DNA of 64,000 bases from Nitrospinaceae bacterium. Lineage in GTDB: Bacteria > Nitrospinota > Nitrospinia > Nitrospinales > Nitrospinaceae. The notes beneath the pieces are model-generated. The model was not told the DNA's origin and did no database searches. It saw only the letters and a list, made by a program, of their open reading frames with translations. The stretch covers positions 384,001 through 448,000 of the forward strand of contig OZ245011.1 of assembly GCA_965223665.1 (NCBI GenBank). The letters are read 5' to 3'. The position numbers and the translations under genes were made by a program. Shown in pieces: positions 30,097 through 40,126 of the stretch. Position 1 is the first letter of the stretch, and every line of letters begins with the position of its first letter.

Positions 30097-32370
30097 ATGG
30101 ACTCTTATTTTCAAAAGGGTGTAACGCTCAAAGGAGTATTACGTTCCAAGGGAGTTGTCCACATGGAAGGCGATATGGAAGGGGAAATTATATCCTCTAG
30201 TCATTTAATTGTCGGAAAAGGTGGAAACGTAAAGGGTGATATCGAATCTTATGACATTACAAATATGGGGTCTATTAAAGGAAACATAAATGCCAAAAAT
30301 AAAGTTTCCTTAATGGATGATAGTCATTTGGATGGTGATATTGCTACCTACCAATTGATTGTGGAGGAAGGTTCAAATTTTGAAGGAAAATGTAAAATGC
30401 TAGGCAAAGCTCCTTCAGAAAAAAAAACTCCAAAATCCCCAGAGAAGAAAAATGGAAAAGGAAGCGATCCTTCTTGGGAGTCTCTTCAGCAAAACCTAGA
30501 TCAGATTGGACTGCCCCAAAAGGACAGTAAAGCTGATAAAAAAGAGCCGGAAACTGCAGCTGCTCCCAAAAAGAGTTTTTTTCCAAGAATTTTGACTAAA
30601 TTAACTATGTTGGTTTTGGGAGTTGCGGTTTTGGCCATGATAGGTCTGAATTTGCCTTTTTCCCCCGATGAAGATGTCGGGGGATTTTTGAGTAAAGGAA
30701 GGGAGTTAATAAAAAATAAGCAATATGCGGATGCTGAATCTGTATTTAACGAAGGTATAAAACAAGTTCGTGATAATCCTGAGTTACATTTAGAATTGGG
30801 AAATATTTACTTACTAAAAAAAAACTTTAAGAAAGCTTTAGTTGAATTTCAAAGATCTTTAGAAATAAATCCTTCCAAAGAAATCTACCGATTAAAACTA
30901 TCAGAAGCATTATTAGGATTAGGACAACTCCAAGAGGCTGAGAAAAATCTAAATGAATTAATAGAGAAAAACTCTAATAGTTTTAATGCTTACTATGGAT
31001 TAGGGCTTTTAAAAGTTAAGGCCGGCAAAAATCAGGAAGGCATTGCAGCTTTTCAGCAAGCCTCAAAAATTGATCCGGATAATTTCAATGTTCATCAGAA
31101 GTTGTTAGAAATTTTTCGTTCCGAAAAAAACCATTTGGATTCCATTCGAGAAATGGAGGAAATGGTTCGATTAAAACCTGAAGAACCTGGGCTTAGGCTA
31201 ACTTTAGGTGAAATGTATTTTGAAAATAAAAATACTAAAAAAGCTGCAGAGCAATTTCAAAAGGTTTTAAAACTTCATCCTGAAAACCAATTGGCCCAAT
31301 TAAGGGTTGCTGATTGGTATTACGAGGGAAAGATGTATGACGATGCTTTAAAACTTTATGAAACTGCTTTGAAAAAAAATCCAGATAACCCAGATATACA
31401 GGTAAAATTAGGAAAGATTTACCTTCAAAAAAGAGATAAAGCCAATGCGGAGCTTGCCTTTCGAAAAGCGGAAAAGAGTAAAACACAAAATAGCGAAGCC
31501 TATTTTGAGCTTGGTAAAATTTTAACTTCAGATTTGAAATATGATGAGGGTCAAAAACAATTTGAAAAAGCGATTGAATTGAATCCTAACTATGGGGATG
31601 CTTATTACGAACTGGGAAAAATATGGGAAGTAAACGAAAAAATGGGAAATGCCCTCCAATATTATGAAAAGGCGGTGGAATTTGAACCTAAAAATACGGA
31701 ATACATTTTTTCTCTCGGAAAAACATATATAGAAGAGAAAAAATTTGATAATGCAGTAAAATTTTTGAAAACTGGGATTAAAATTGAACCTAATAACGGA
31801 AATTTAATTTTTCAGCTATGCAGAGCCTATCGGAAAAAAGGTTATTACACGATTGCGATCAGGCATTGTGAGAAAGCTTTAAGTATTATTCCAGAATCAG
31901 ATGCTGTAAATAATCGATTAGCATGGCTTTATGCCAAAAAGCAGAAAAAACTTGATAAAGCTTTAAAAATGGCCCGGAAGCTTGTGATCAAATACCCAGA
32001 TAATGCTGGCTATATCGACACTCTTTCAGAAGTGTATTACTCAATGGGGAATGTGGATAGAGCCATTAAAAATATGGAAACCGCTTTAAGGATTTCACCA
32101 GAAACAAGGTACTACAAACAACAAATGTGGAGATTCAAGCATATTAAACCAAAGCCTATAAAATCTAATAATACCCCCAAGCCTGTGGTAAAAACGGTAG
32201 AAAATACTGCAATGCCAGATAAAGAAAGTGCATCTGAAACTTCTAATGTTAAAACCCCATCTCCCTCATCCGAAAATGAAGCCACTGTTACTCCCCAACC
32301 AACCTCCAATACTCCCAATTTGACTGAAAAGGATTTACAAGAAACAGCCTCTGAAACGAGAATCAATTAA
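30097..32370 (+). CDS. Bactofilin domain - TM - multi-TPR fusion protein
   Basis: aa 1-101 bactofilin beta-helix (G.MEGEI, IVGKGG.VKGDI, L.VEEGS.FEG.C.M), one TM near aa 169-186, many TPRs, P/T/S-rich tail. Confidence 0.85.
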   Translation: MDSYFQKGVTLKGVLRSKGVVHMEGDMEGEIISSSHLIVGKGGNVKGDIESYDITNMGSIKGNINAKNKVSLMDDSHLDGDIATYQLIVEEGSNFEGKCKMLGKAPSEKKTPKSPEKKNGKGSDPSWESLQQNLDQIGLPQKDSKADKKEPETAAAPKKSFFPRILTKLTMLVLGVAVLAMIGLNLPFSPDEDVGGFLSKGRELIKNKQYADAESVFNEGIKQVRDNPELHLELGNIYLLKKNFKKALVEFQRSLEINPSKEIYRLKLSEALLGLGQLQEAEKNLNELIEKNSNSFNAYYGLGLLKVKAGKNQEGIAAFQQASKIDPDNFNVHQKLLEIFRSEKNHLDSIREMEEMVRLKPEEPGLRLTLGEMYFENKNTKKAAEQFQKVLKLHPENQLAQLRVADWYYEGKMYDDALKLYETALKKNPDNPDIQVKLGKIYLQKRDKANAELAFRKAEKSKTQNSEAYFELGKILTSDLKYDEGQKQFEKAIELNPNYGDAYYELGKIWEVNEKMGNALQYYEKAVEFEPKNTEYIFSLGKTYIEEKKFDNAVKFLKTGIKIEPNNGNLIFQLCRAYRKKGYYTIAIRHCEKALSIIPESDAVNNRLAWLYAKKQKKLDKALKMARKLVIKYPDNAGYIDTLSEVYYSMGNVDRAIKNMETALRISPETRYYKQQMWRFKHIKPKPIKSNNTPKPVVKTVENTAMPDKESASETSNVKTPSPSSENEATVTPQPTSNTPNLTEKDLQETASETRIN

Positions 32371-33308
32371 TAGATTCCGCTTCCTTTAATTCCCATATAT
32401 ACAAAATAGACTAACAAAAGGATAATCCCATCCAGTTTCATTAATGTGTGAGATCTCTTTATTTGTAAAATCAATAGACAGGTAAAACCGGTGGTAAATA
32501 ATAAATCAAAATGAATTGGCTCTGTAATATTTAGAGGTTTATAGGCTGCTGTTGAACCAAGGACCATAAAAATATTAAAAATATTGCTTCCAAAAACATT
32601 TCCTAATGCCATTTCTCCATGACCTTTTAAAGCCGTCATAGTTGAAGAAACTATTTCAGGTAAGCTTGTCCCTATGGCTAAAATTGAGATCCCAATCAAC
32701 CATTCGCTTATTCCAAAATAGCGTGCAATATTTACACTTCCTTCTACCATTCCTTGAGCTCCGGTCACTAGAAGGACAAAACCAAATAAGACCAAAGTAA
32801 ATTGATAAGCCATTCCTCTGTTTGCAAAAAGAGTTACTTCATCGTCGAATTCCAAATTTGAGTCTTCTTTATCTTGAAAAGCTCTCCAGACAAATATGGC
32901 CAAACCTAGAATTAAACCTATCCCTTCCCAACGATTTAATTTTAGGTTCCAGATCAAAATTGTTATTAAAACCGTAGCAATTATTAGTGGAGGGGTTTCT
33001 AGTTTTAACCGATTTTGAGAAATTGATACTGGAGTAAGCAACGCTGTAATTCCTAGAACCAGTCCAACATTTGCGATATTACTTCCAATCACATTGCCTA
33101 AAGCCATTTCAGGAGAACCATTATAGGCAGCTAAAAGACTAACTGCGAGTTCAGGAGATGATGTTCCAAAACCCATCACAGTTGCACCAATAACGAATGG
33201 GCTCACTTTGTAATGCTTAGCGATACGAAGGCATCCAGTAATTAAAAATTCTCCGCCAAAATAAAGGGAGGCCAAACCAATTAAAATATATGCAATGTTA
33301 ATTAGCAT
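32367..33308 (-). CDS. Calcium/sodium antiporter (YrbG/CaCA family)
   Basis: GTSSPEL, GNVIGSNIAN, GTSLPE, GNVFGSNIFN. Confidence 0.93.
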   Translation of the reverse strand: MLINIAYILIGLASLYFGGEFLITGCLRIAKHYKVSPFVIGATVMGFGTSSPELAVSLLAAYNGSPEMALGNVIGSNIANVGLVLGITALLTPVSISQNRLKLETPPLIIATVLITILIWNLKLNRWEGIGLILGLAIFVWRAFQDKEDSNLEFDDEVTLFANRGMAYQFTLVLFGFVLLVTGAQGMVEGSVNIARYFGISEWLIGISILAIGTSLPEIVSSTMTALKGHGEMALGNVFGSNIFNIFMVLGSTAAYKPLNITEPIHFDLLFTTGFTCLLILQIKRSHTLMKLDGIILLLVYFVYMGIKGSGIY

Positions 33309-33440
33309 GAAAAAAATTGGGATTCTTTAAAGTATTTTGAAGGTAAGAGCAAATTTAATCAGGAGGATAGTTAGCGAAATAAAGAAAATCAATCAATTTG
33401 ACTTGGAATATCTTAATGTAAATTTGGAAGTTTACAAAAT

Positions 33441-33468
33441 AAAAAACCAGAGCCGTCTTCGACTCTGG
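33441..33468 (-). terminator. Intrinsic terminator after the 33494-33808 gene
   Basis: Minus strand CCAGAGTCG-AAGA-CGGCTCTGG-TTTTTT. Confidence 0.78.
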
Positions 33469-33493
33469 CTAAGTATGTTGTATGTCTAAAAAA

Positions 33494-33808
33494 TTAATCT
33501 TTACTTCCTTCCATTTTTCTTTTCATTTCATGGGATTTTTCCATGCCTTTACTTTTGCTTTTTTCCATTGCTGCAGGGCTCATTTTTCCATGCTCATCTT
33601 TCATTCCCCCACTTCCTTCTTCATATTTTTCCTTCGCATGATCTCTATATTCTTTTCCCTCTTTCATTGCAGAAGAACCACTTCCTTCTTCCATCATTTC
33701 ATGTTTATCTTTTCCCTTATGCTCGCCGTCATGAGCAAATGAAGAAAAGGGTACGGTGAAGGTCATCATAAAACAAATGAAAGTTAATAACCCAAATATT
33801 CTTTGCAT
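33494..33808 (-). CDS. Secreted His/Met/Lys/Glu-rich low-complexity protein
   Basis: Signal peptide ending SFA; HDGEHKGKDKHEMMEEGSG..., EEGSG repeated; GGAG RBS. Confidence 0.8.
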   Translation of the reverse strand: MQRIFGLLTFICFMMTFTVPFSSFAHDGEHKGKDKHEMMEEGSGSSAMKEGKEYRDHAKEKYEEGSGGMKDEHGKMSPAAMEKSKSKGMEKSHEMKRKMEGSKD

Positions 33809-33976
33809 AAAAAGCTCCTATAAAAAGTGTATTGAAGGTAAAAGCGGATTAATTATTATTACCGGGTAAAATCATAAAATGTGATTAGTAGCAACTTTAC
33901 CAATTATATTACAATAGGAAGTCAATTTTGGTAGGAATTTTGGTGAAACCCTTTGCGAGGTAACCTATTACTTTAA

Positions 33977-35098
33977 TTAAGCTTTCTTAGGTTTAATGGT
34001 AATAATACTTTGTTTAAACCCAAATCGTCTTAATTTTTTCTGTTCATTACGTGCGGTTTTTTTGCTCTCAAAACCTCCCACTTTAACTGTATAGATTTTT
34101 CGCTGAGAGGAAGTTTGACCCAGATTAGTAAGAATTCCATCTTCAATTAATTTGTTTTGAATCTTTTCGGCCTGACTTCTAGTAGAAGTTCGGCCCAGAA
34201 TTATCGAATATGTACCATCTGCTGATTTTTCTAATGCTGGTTTATGTCCTTTGTCTTTCAAACTTGTCAAAAGTGAACGTGTTTCATCCCTATTTAAGAA
34301 TCCCCCTATAAAAACGGTATGTTGGGAAATATTCCGTGTACTAACTTCTATAAAGGGCGAATAACCTTTAGAAATTAATTTTTCTGAAAGGCGATTTGAA
34401 TTAGCTTTATTTGCAAACGCACCAAGTTGAATAAAATATTTCCCAATTTTTGAAAAAGTATTTGAAGGTGTTTTAATAATTGGCTTAGCAGACTTAAAGT
34501 TTTTTTCTGGCTTCAAAGAGTTTGAAATCATTTTTGCGGGATCAAGAGCACTTTTAATGGACGAGGTTTTTGGTGATAATATTGCCGCGACTTTTTCAGT
34601 GGCTTTTTCAATATCACCAGCCAGAGTATCATTTTCAGAGGTTTTAGCTGTTTTTACAGGTTTGTTTATCGTATTGTCCGGGCTTCCAGGGTTTTCTTTA
34701 GTATTGGAATTAGGAATCGAGGGTGGCATGATTCTTTCACTTCTAAACGAAGAGCTTGCAGAATCAACATTTTTTCCAGAATTTAATGATTGCTGAGGAA
34801 GTAGGGGAAATGGAAGTGGTTTTGGGCCTTCCTCACCTTCCATTAATTCGGCCACCTGAGTATCACTTTCTGATCCAAAAAAATAAGGTTCATCCTGGAT
34901 AGCCACATAAAATGTAAAAAGTAAAATCAACCCTACCAAGGATATAAGAACGATCTTCGCATTTTTTCGACGAATATTTCTTTCAATCTCAATTTCTGCT
35001 TCAATTTCCGCATCTTCGATTAAGTCTTCTATTCTTTTTACATGATTTGGTTTAAACTCTTTTTTAGAAATTTTTTCGTCGATTTGATTGGTTAGCAT
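33977..35098 (-). CDS. Membrane-anchored SPOR-domain protein
   Basis: TM near aa 49-67, P/S/T linker, YFIQLGAF and YTVKVGGF SPOR half-repeats (four in total). Confidence 0.85.
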   Translation of the reverse strand: MLTNQIDEKISKKEFKPNHVKRIEDLIEDAEIEAEIEIERNIRRKNAKIVLISLVGLILLFTFYVAIQDEPYFFGSESDTQVAELMEGEEGPKPLPFPLLPQQSLNSGKNVDSASSSFRSERIMPPSIPNSNTKENPGSPDNTINKPVKTAKTSENDTLAGDIEKATEKVAAILSPKTSSIKSALDPAKMISNSLKPEKNFKSAKPIIKTPSNTFSKIGKYFIQLGAFANKANSNRLSEKLISKGYSPFIEVSTRNISQHTVFIGGFLNRDETRSLLTSLKDKGHKPALEKSADGTYSIILGRTSTRSQAEKIQNKLIEDGILTNLGQTSSQRKIYTVKVGGFESKKTARNEQKKLRRFGFKQSIITIKPKKA

Positions 35099-35256
35099 GG
35101 CATTTTGTGGATTGAAATGTTATTGAAATAGAAGACGTGAGTTTTTTGAATTATTTCCCAGATTTTGATCGAAATATGAAAAAACCAGGTCAATTTGGCC
35201 AATAAAGAGAATATTTAGAAATTTTGAGCAAAATTCACATCCCCAAATCTGCTAAA

Positions 35257-35285
35257 AGTATATATATTACGGCTCTATGTGTCAA
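35257..35285 (-). promoter_or_regulatory. Near-consensus sigma70 promoter for the SPOR gene
   Basis: Minus strand TTGACA-N17-TATACT. Confidence 0.7.
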
Positions 35286-35335
35286 GTAAAACTTCTTAAA
35301 GATCAATAAGTTATATAAAAAGTGACGACTTAATT

Positions 35336-36253
35336 ATGCCTTCCATTCCTGATCTTTCAGTTAAACTAGGTGATCTCAATTTTGCCAATCCCATTATTGC
35401 TGCTTCGGGTACTTTTGGGTATGGGTTAGAGTTCTCTCCATTTGTAGATCTTGATATTTTGGGAGGGTTTTGCACTAAGGGTCTTTCTTATCATCCAAAA
35501 ATAGGAAACCCTGCCCCCAGAGTTATTGAAACCAGTTCTGGGATGTTAAATTCTATTGGCTTAGAAAATATTGGGTTTGAGCAATTCAGGGATGAAAAGC
35601 TTCCTCTTCTTAGAAAGTTTTCAACCAGAATTATTTGTAATTTTTTCGGAAACACAGTTGAAGAATATGCTCATCTGGCTAAAGAATTGTCTGCTTTAGA
35701 AAGGGTGGATGCCTTGGAAATGAATATTTCATGTCCCAATGTTGAGGAGGGTGGGGTGTTATTTAGTTCAGACCCCACAATCGTTGAGCGGGTGGTAGGG
35801 GCAACTCGAAAATCTACTGATAAACTTTTAATTGTGAAACTGTCCCCCAATGTCACCGATATTACTCAAATTGCTCAAGCGGCTGAACGAGCAGGAGCGG
35901 ATGTGATTTCTTTGATTAATACTTGTATTGGAATGGTTATCGATACTAAAACCAGAAAACCCTATCTAGCTAATGAGACTGGAGGCCTTTCAGGCCCTGC
36001 GATTAAACCTATTGCGTTGAACATGGTTTATAAAACTGTTAAGGCCGTAAAAATTCCTGTGATTGGGATTGGTGGTATTCAAAGTGCTGAAGATGCTTTG
36101 GAGTTTTTAATGGCTGGAGCTAAAGCTATTCAGGTTGGTACAGCAAACTTCGTTGATCCCAGAATTACCATGAAGATTCTCAAGAATCTTCAAGATTGGT
36201 TGGTAAATAATGGAGTTTCTAGTTTAAAAGACCTAAAAGGAAAAGATAAATAA
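35336..36253 (+). CDS. pyrD: Dihydroorotate dehydrogenase, family 1B catalytic subunit
   Basis: ASGTFGYG, NSIGLEN, NISCPNV, KLSPNVTDI, GGLSGPAIKP. Confidence 0.96.
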   Translation: MPSIPDLSVKLGDLNFANPIIAASGTFGYGLEFSPFVDLDILGGFCTKGLSYHPKIGNPAPRVIETSSGMLNSIGLENIGFEQFRDEKLPLLRKFSTRIICNFFGNTVEEYAHLAKELSALERVDALEMNISCPNVEEGGVLFSSDPTIVERVVGATRKSTDKLLIVKLSPNVTDITQIAQAAERAGADVISLINTCIGMVIDTKTRKPYLANETGGLSGPAIKPIALNMVYKTVKAVKIPVIGIGGIQSAEDALEFLMAGAKAIQVGTANFVDPRITMKILKNLQDWLVNNGVSSLKDLKGKDK

Positions 36254-37402
36254 TTAAGGAATATAAACTCTAGGAATGCGCTTGCCCACGGCACATAGAA
36301 TTTCATAAGGAATGGTGCCAACTTTGTTAGCAAGTTCTTCAACAGAAATAAATTCTTCTCCTTGTCTACCAAAGATAACTACCGGGTCTCCTTCATTTGC
36401 GTTTGGTAAATCTGTTATATCAATCAAACACATGTCCATACAAATATTTCCTACCTGGGGAACTTTTTTTCCAGAAATAATTACTTCCATATTATTTGAA
36501 AGTGACCTAAATAATCCATCTCCATACCCTACGGGAATGGTTGCTATTCGACTGGGTTTTTGAGTTATGTGAGTGCGGCTATAACTTAATGGAGTTCCTT
36601 TATCGAAAGATTTAATTTGAATAATTTGGGTTTTTAGTTCCATAACCGGTTTTATGGCATCAAAAGAATTTGGACACTTAAGAATAGGTTTAATGCCATA
36701 GAGTAATAATCCTGGTCGAACTTGGTCTTGGTGACTTTGAGAGTACTTAATTAAAGCGGCGCTATTGGCACAATGAATTGTGGGTAAAGAAATGCCGGAA
36801 TTATTTAATAATTCTAATGATGAATTAAATTTCTTAATTTGATTAAGTGAATACTCTGAACATTCTTCGTCTGCTGAAGAAAAGTGAGTAAAGATTGAAT
36901 TAATAGTTAAATTTGGAAGTTTTTTAATATTCTGGATTAATGGTAAAAGGTTTTCTGGCAATACACCCAAACGCCCCATACCGGAATCTACTTTTATATG
37001 TACACCAACGTTTTTTCCAAAATGAGTAGCACGTTCGGAAATTTTCTTGGCCATATTTGAGGACCAAATAGATGTTGTTAGATTAAATTGGATTAAATCA
37101 TCCACTTCATCAGGAAACACCCCCATTAGAATATGAATAGGAACTTGAAAACCGTTATTTCTAAGTTCAATTCCTTCTGAAACTATACTTACACCCAATA
37201 TATCTGCTCCGGCGTCTACAAGAACCTGGGAACAGGGAATGGCTCCATGACCATAAGCATCTGCTTTTACAACGGCCATTATTTTAACTTCGGAAGATAA
37301 ATAGTTCCTAATACAATTTAGATTATTACGAAGGGCCGATAAACTTATCTCAGCTCTGGTGGCTCTATGAAGTGCTGAACTGTAAAGTTTCTGTTTATCC
37401 AT
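36254..37402 (-). CDS. alr: Alanine racemase
   Basis: AVVKADAYGHG, KVDSGMGRLG, VRPG, GYGDG, CMDM, TIPYE. Confidence 0.97.
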   Translation of the reverse strand: MDKQKLYSSALHRATRAEISLSALRNNLNCIRNYLSSEVKIMAVVKADAYGHGAIPCSQVLVDAGADILGVSIVSEGIELRNNGFQVPIHILMGVFPDEVDDLIQFNLTTSIWSSNMAKKISERATHFGKNVGVHIKVDSGMGRLGVLPENLLPLIQNIKKLPNLTINSIFTHFSSADEECSEYSLNQIKKFNSSLELLNNSGISLPTIHCANSAALIKYSQSHQDQVRPGLLLYGIKPILKCPNSFDAIKPVMELKTQIIQIKSFDKGTPLSYSRTHITQKPSRIATIPVGYGDGLFRSLSNNMEVIISGKKVPQVGNICMDMCLIDITDLPNANEGDPVVIFGRQGEEFISVEELANKVGTIPYEILCAVGKRIPRVYIP

Positions 37403-37457
37403 TATTACTTTATCTTTTATTTCTTTAAAGGAAGGGATGATTTTATTTCTGTGTTGT

Positions 37458-37937
37458 TTATTCCCGCCGTGTTCGACCAGTTAGAGAAACCCGACCCATT
37501 ACTTTTGCCTTTCCTGTTGTTCTTACGGGGCGACAGGACATGAAGGAATCTTCTTTTGCAGTTTTTCGAATTTGATAACCTCTGTCACTATAGAAATTAT
37601 AAGCCATGGCATTGGTACCGGTTTCTTCAGAACACCAAAAGTTAAATCCGCATCCTTCAGGGAAAATATAATCTATGTGAACAATATCACCATTAAAGTC
37701 AGAGTTTTTACTGTCATGATCATATAAGTTTCGACAATCTTGACTTTTGGGAAGCCGCCAATCATCAAACCCAGCGAACTTTTTTTCATTCATTAGTCCT
37801 ACATATTTATTGGCTCCTTTCCAGGTGCACCACTTCCCCTTTCTTTGATAGTAGTCCTCTTTTAACCACATTAATTTATATTTGTTATCTGTGACTGTTC
37901 CATCACCATTATCGGTAAAGCGTTCTTCATCTCCCAT
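37458..37937 (-). CDS. DUF1566 domain protein
   Basis: RFTDNGDGTVTD, AGFDDWRLP, RPVR; paralog of 5975-6418. Confidence 0.87.
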   Translation of the reverse strand: MGDEERFTDNGDGTVTDNKYKLMWLKEDYYQRKGKWCTWKGANKYVGLMNEKKFAGFDDWRLPKSQDCRNLYDHDSKNSDFNGDIVHIDYIFPEGCGFNFWCSEETGTNAMAYNFYSDRGYQIRKTAKEDSFMSCRPVRTTGKAKVMGRVSLTGRTRRE

Positions 37938-37967
37938 AAGTAAGCATTTCTTAAAAAAGGTTAAACA

Positions 37968-37984
37968 TTGATAATGATTATCAA
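37968..37984. promoter_or_regulatory. Fur-family operator (perfect 7-1-7 palindrome)
   Basis: TTGATAAT-G-ATTATCAA contains the Fur consensus TGATAATnATTATCA. Confidence 0.78.
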
Positions 37985-38234
37985 GAGAAACGATAGGATA
38001 ATATTAAAATAGTTTATCTTGCAAACCAAACTATAAACGAATATTTCCTATACTATAATATTAAAAAATTTAATCTCATTTACAAAGTTATAAAAAATTT
38101 TGATATTAAAATATCGTTTGATTTTTTTTAGTCTATGCTTAAACTAACCTAAATAGACTGCTAGCGTGTATTGTAGCAGGAATGAAATATACAGCGCTCT
38201 AAAAATAATTTTTAAAAAATTTTAATATGCTTCA

Positions 38235-38957
38235 ATGAATAATAAGTTTGTAAACCATTACATTGCAAAAAGATTTTTACTATTTTTGTTTTTAGTATAT
38301 TTAACCGGGTGTGCCACACCCCCTGGAAAACATGAAGTTGATAAGCTCGAAAGGTTACAGGGGGTACCTAAGGTTCTGATTTTACCATTGGATGTAGAGC
38401 TATATGAAATTTCGGTTGGAGGGGTGTCCGAATTAAAACCAGAATGGACTACAACAGGGAAGGCTAATGCTCAGGCTGCAATAGAAGAATTCTTATCAAA
38501 AGATTCCGATATAATACTTGTTCCTTTTAATTCACAAAATCAAGAAACCGAATCCCATCGTAATTTTTATAATTTAATGAATGCAGTTGGTGATGCAATG
38601 TTGCTTCATTACCATAGTGTAAATCACCATTTGCCTACAAAAGAAAAACTTCAATGGTCAGTAGGAGATTCTACGAAAATATTTCGTGAAGAGTATGATG
38701 CAGATTACGCTCTCTATGTATATTTAAGAGACCATTTTTCTTCTTCCGGTCGAATTGCAATGGGAGTAGTTTCTGGTCTTCTTTTTGGGGCTGCCCCCGG
38801 AGCAGGGATGGAAATCGGTTTAGCTCAATTTATAAACTTAAAAACCGGTGATGTGGTGTGGTTTAATTTTATACGTTCTGAAGGGTTTGGAGATTTAAGA
38901 GAACCCGATTCTGCTAAAACTGCTATCGAAAACTTACTCAAAGAACTACCGAAATGA
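38235..38957 (+). CDS. Lipoprotein of unknown function
   Basis: Lipobox LTGC; glycine-rich hydrophobic hairpin; TGDVVWFN. Confidence 0.78.
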   Translation: MNNKFVNHYIAKRFLLFLFLVYLTGCATPPGKHEVDKLERLQGVPKVLILPLDVELYEISVGGVSELKPEWTTTGKANAQAAIEEFLSKDSDIILVPFNSQNQETESHRNFYNLMNAVGDAMLLHYHSVNHHLPTKEKLQWSVGDSTKIFREEYDADYALYVYLRDHFSSSGRIAMGVVSGLLFGAAPGAGMEIGLAQFINLKTGDVVWFNFIRSEGFGDLREPDSAKTAIENLLKELPK

Positions 38958-40126
38958 ATAAAAATCTCATTTATTTTCTTAGTCTCATTTTCTTTTCGTC
39001 TACTGTGGGTTGCAGTACAGTAAATGAATCTTCTTCATTAGCACCGGGTCAACGGCCTGAGGTTAACGATTTAGAGGCTGGTTTGTGGATGCAAATGGAA
39101 AATGTTGAAAAAAGTATTCAAAGGTCTGGGCGATTGGAAAGGGATCCTAAACTTAATCAATATGTAAAAACAATAGTCTGTAGTTTGGCCGGGAAATATT
39201 GTCCGGATGTAAGGGTTTATGTGATAAAAGCAGACTCTTTTAATGCAGGTATGTATCCGAATGGTTTAATGGTTGTATATACGGGCTTGTTACTAAGAGT
39301 CCAAAATGAAGCTCAATTAGCTGCCGTTTTGGGTCACGAGATTACTCACTTTATAAAACGCCATAGCTTAAAAAGGCTTATAGATATACAAAATAAGGCC
39401 AATACTTTAGCGGTTATTGGAATTCCTTTAGCAGCAATTGGTTTAGGTCCTGTCAATACGGTTGCAGGCCTTGTAGCGATAGGTTCCATTGCAGCTTACA
39501 GTAGAGACCATGAGCGAGAGGCGGACAAAGGAGGCTTAGAATTTTTAGTAAATAGAGGATATTCGGCAATGAGCGCCTATCAGATTTGGGCAAATGTTTT
39601 AAGAGAACAGGAAGCCGATGATGAAGGATCTACGGCAGTCTTTTTTTCTTCTCATCCATTACCAGAAGAACGAATGGATAATATTAAAAAGCAAAGTGAA
39701 CAATATTCAATTCACGGTAATCCAGTAATAAAGGAGGATGAATATTTGCAAATTATTGCTCCTTTCAGGGACGATTGGTTTCATAGAGAATTACTAAGAG
39801 GCAAATATGAGCAAACTAAGGTAGTTATAGACAACTTGAAACCATCGAAAGCGTTTCCGGGGGAAAAATCATATTTTGAGGGTGAATTAATCCGAATGGA
39901 AAAAGAAAAAGATTTTCAAATGAATGCAATTCAAAAATATGAGGAAGCAATAAATCTAGACCCTAATGATCCAAGACCACAAAAGTCTGTTGGGTTGATG
40001 TATATGAAAATAGATAAAAAAAACCAGGCGGCGAAACATTTAAAAAAATATTTAGAATTGCAGCCAAAGGCCGAGGATGCGTTTATCATTAATGAATATA
40101 TTGTTCAACTAGAGAATGACTCATGA
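38954..40126 (+). CDS. M48 family zinc metallopeptidase lipoprotein with C-terminal TPR
   Basis: Lipobox TVGC, FNAG, EAQLAAVLGHEITH, YSRDHEREAD, SSHP. Confidence 0.9.
   Translation: MNKNLIYFLSLIFFSSTVGCSTVNESSSLAPGQRPEVNDLEAGLWMQMENVEKSIQRSGRLERDPKLNQYVKTIVCSLAGKYCPDVRVYVIKADSFNAGMYPNGLMVVYTGLLLRVQNEAQLAAVLGHEITHFIKRHSLKRLIDIQNKANTLAVIGIPLAAIGLGPVNTVAGLVAIGSIAAYSRDHEREADKGGLEFLVNRGYSAMSAYQIWANVLREQEADDEGSTAVFFSSHPLPEERMDNIKKQSEQYSIHGNPVIKEDEYLQIIAPFRDDWFHRELLRGKYEQTKVVIDNLKPSKAFPGEKSYFEGELIRMEKEKDFQMNAIQKYEEAINLDPNDPRPQKSVGLMYMKIDKKNQAAKHLKKYLELQPKAEDAFIINEYIVQLENDS

Noticed and set aside
33482-33759. Plus-strand Phe/His-rich ORFs (33482-33742, 33568-33759)
   Set aside because: Antisense shadows of the low-complexity secreted gene, which has the RBS, signal peptide and terminator.
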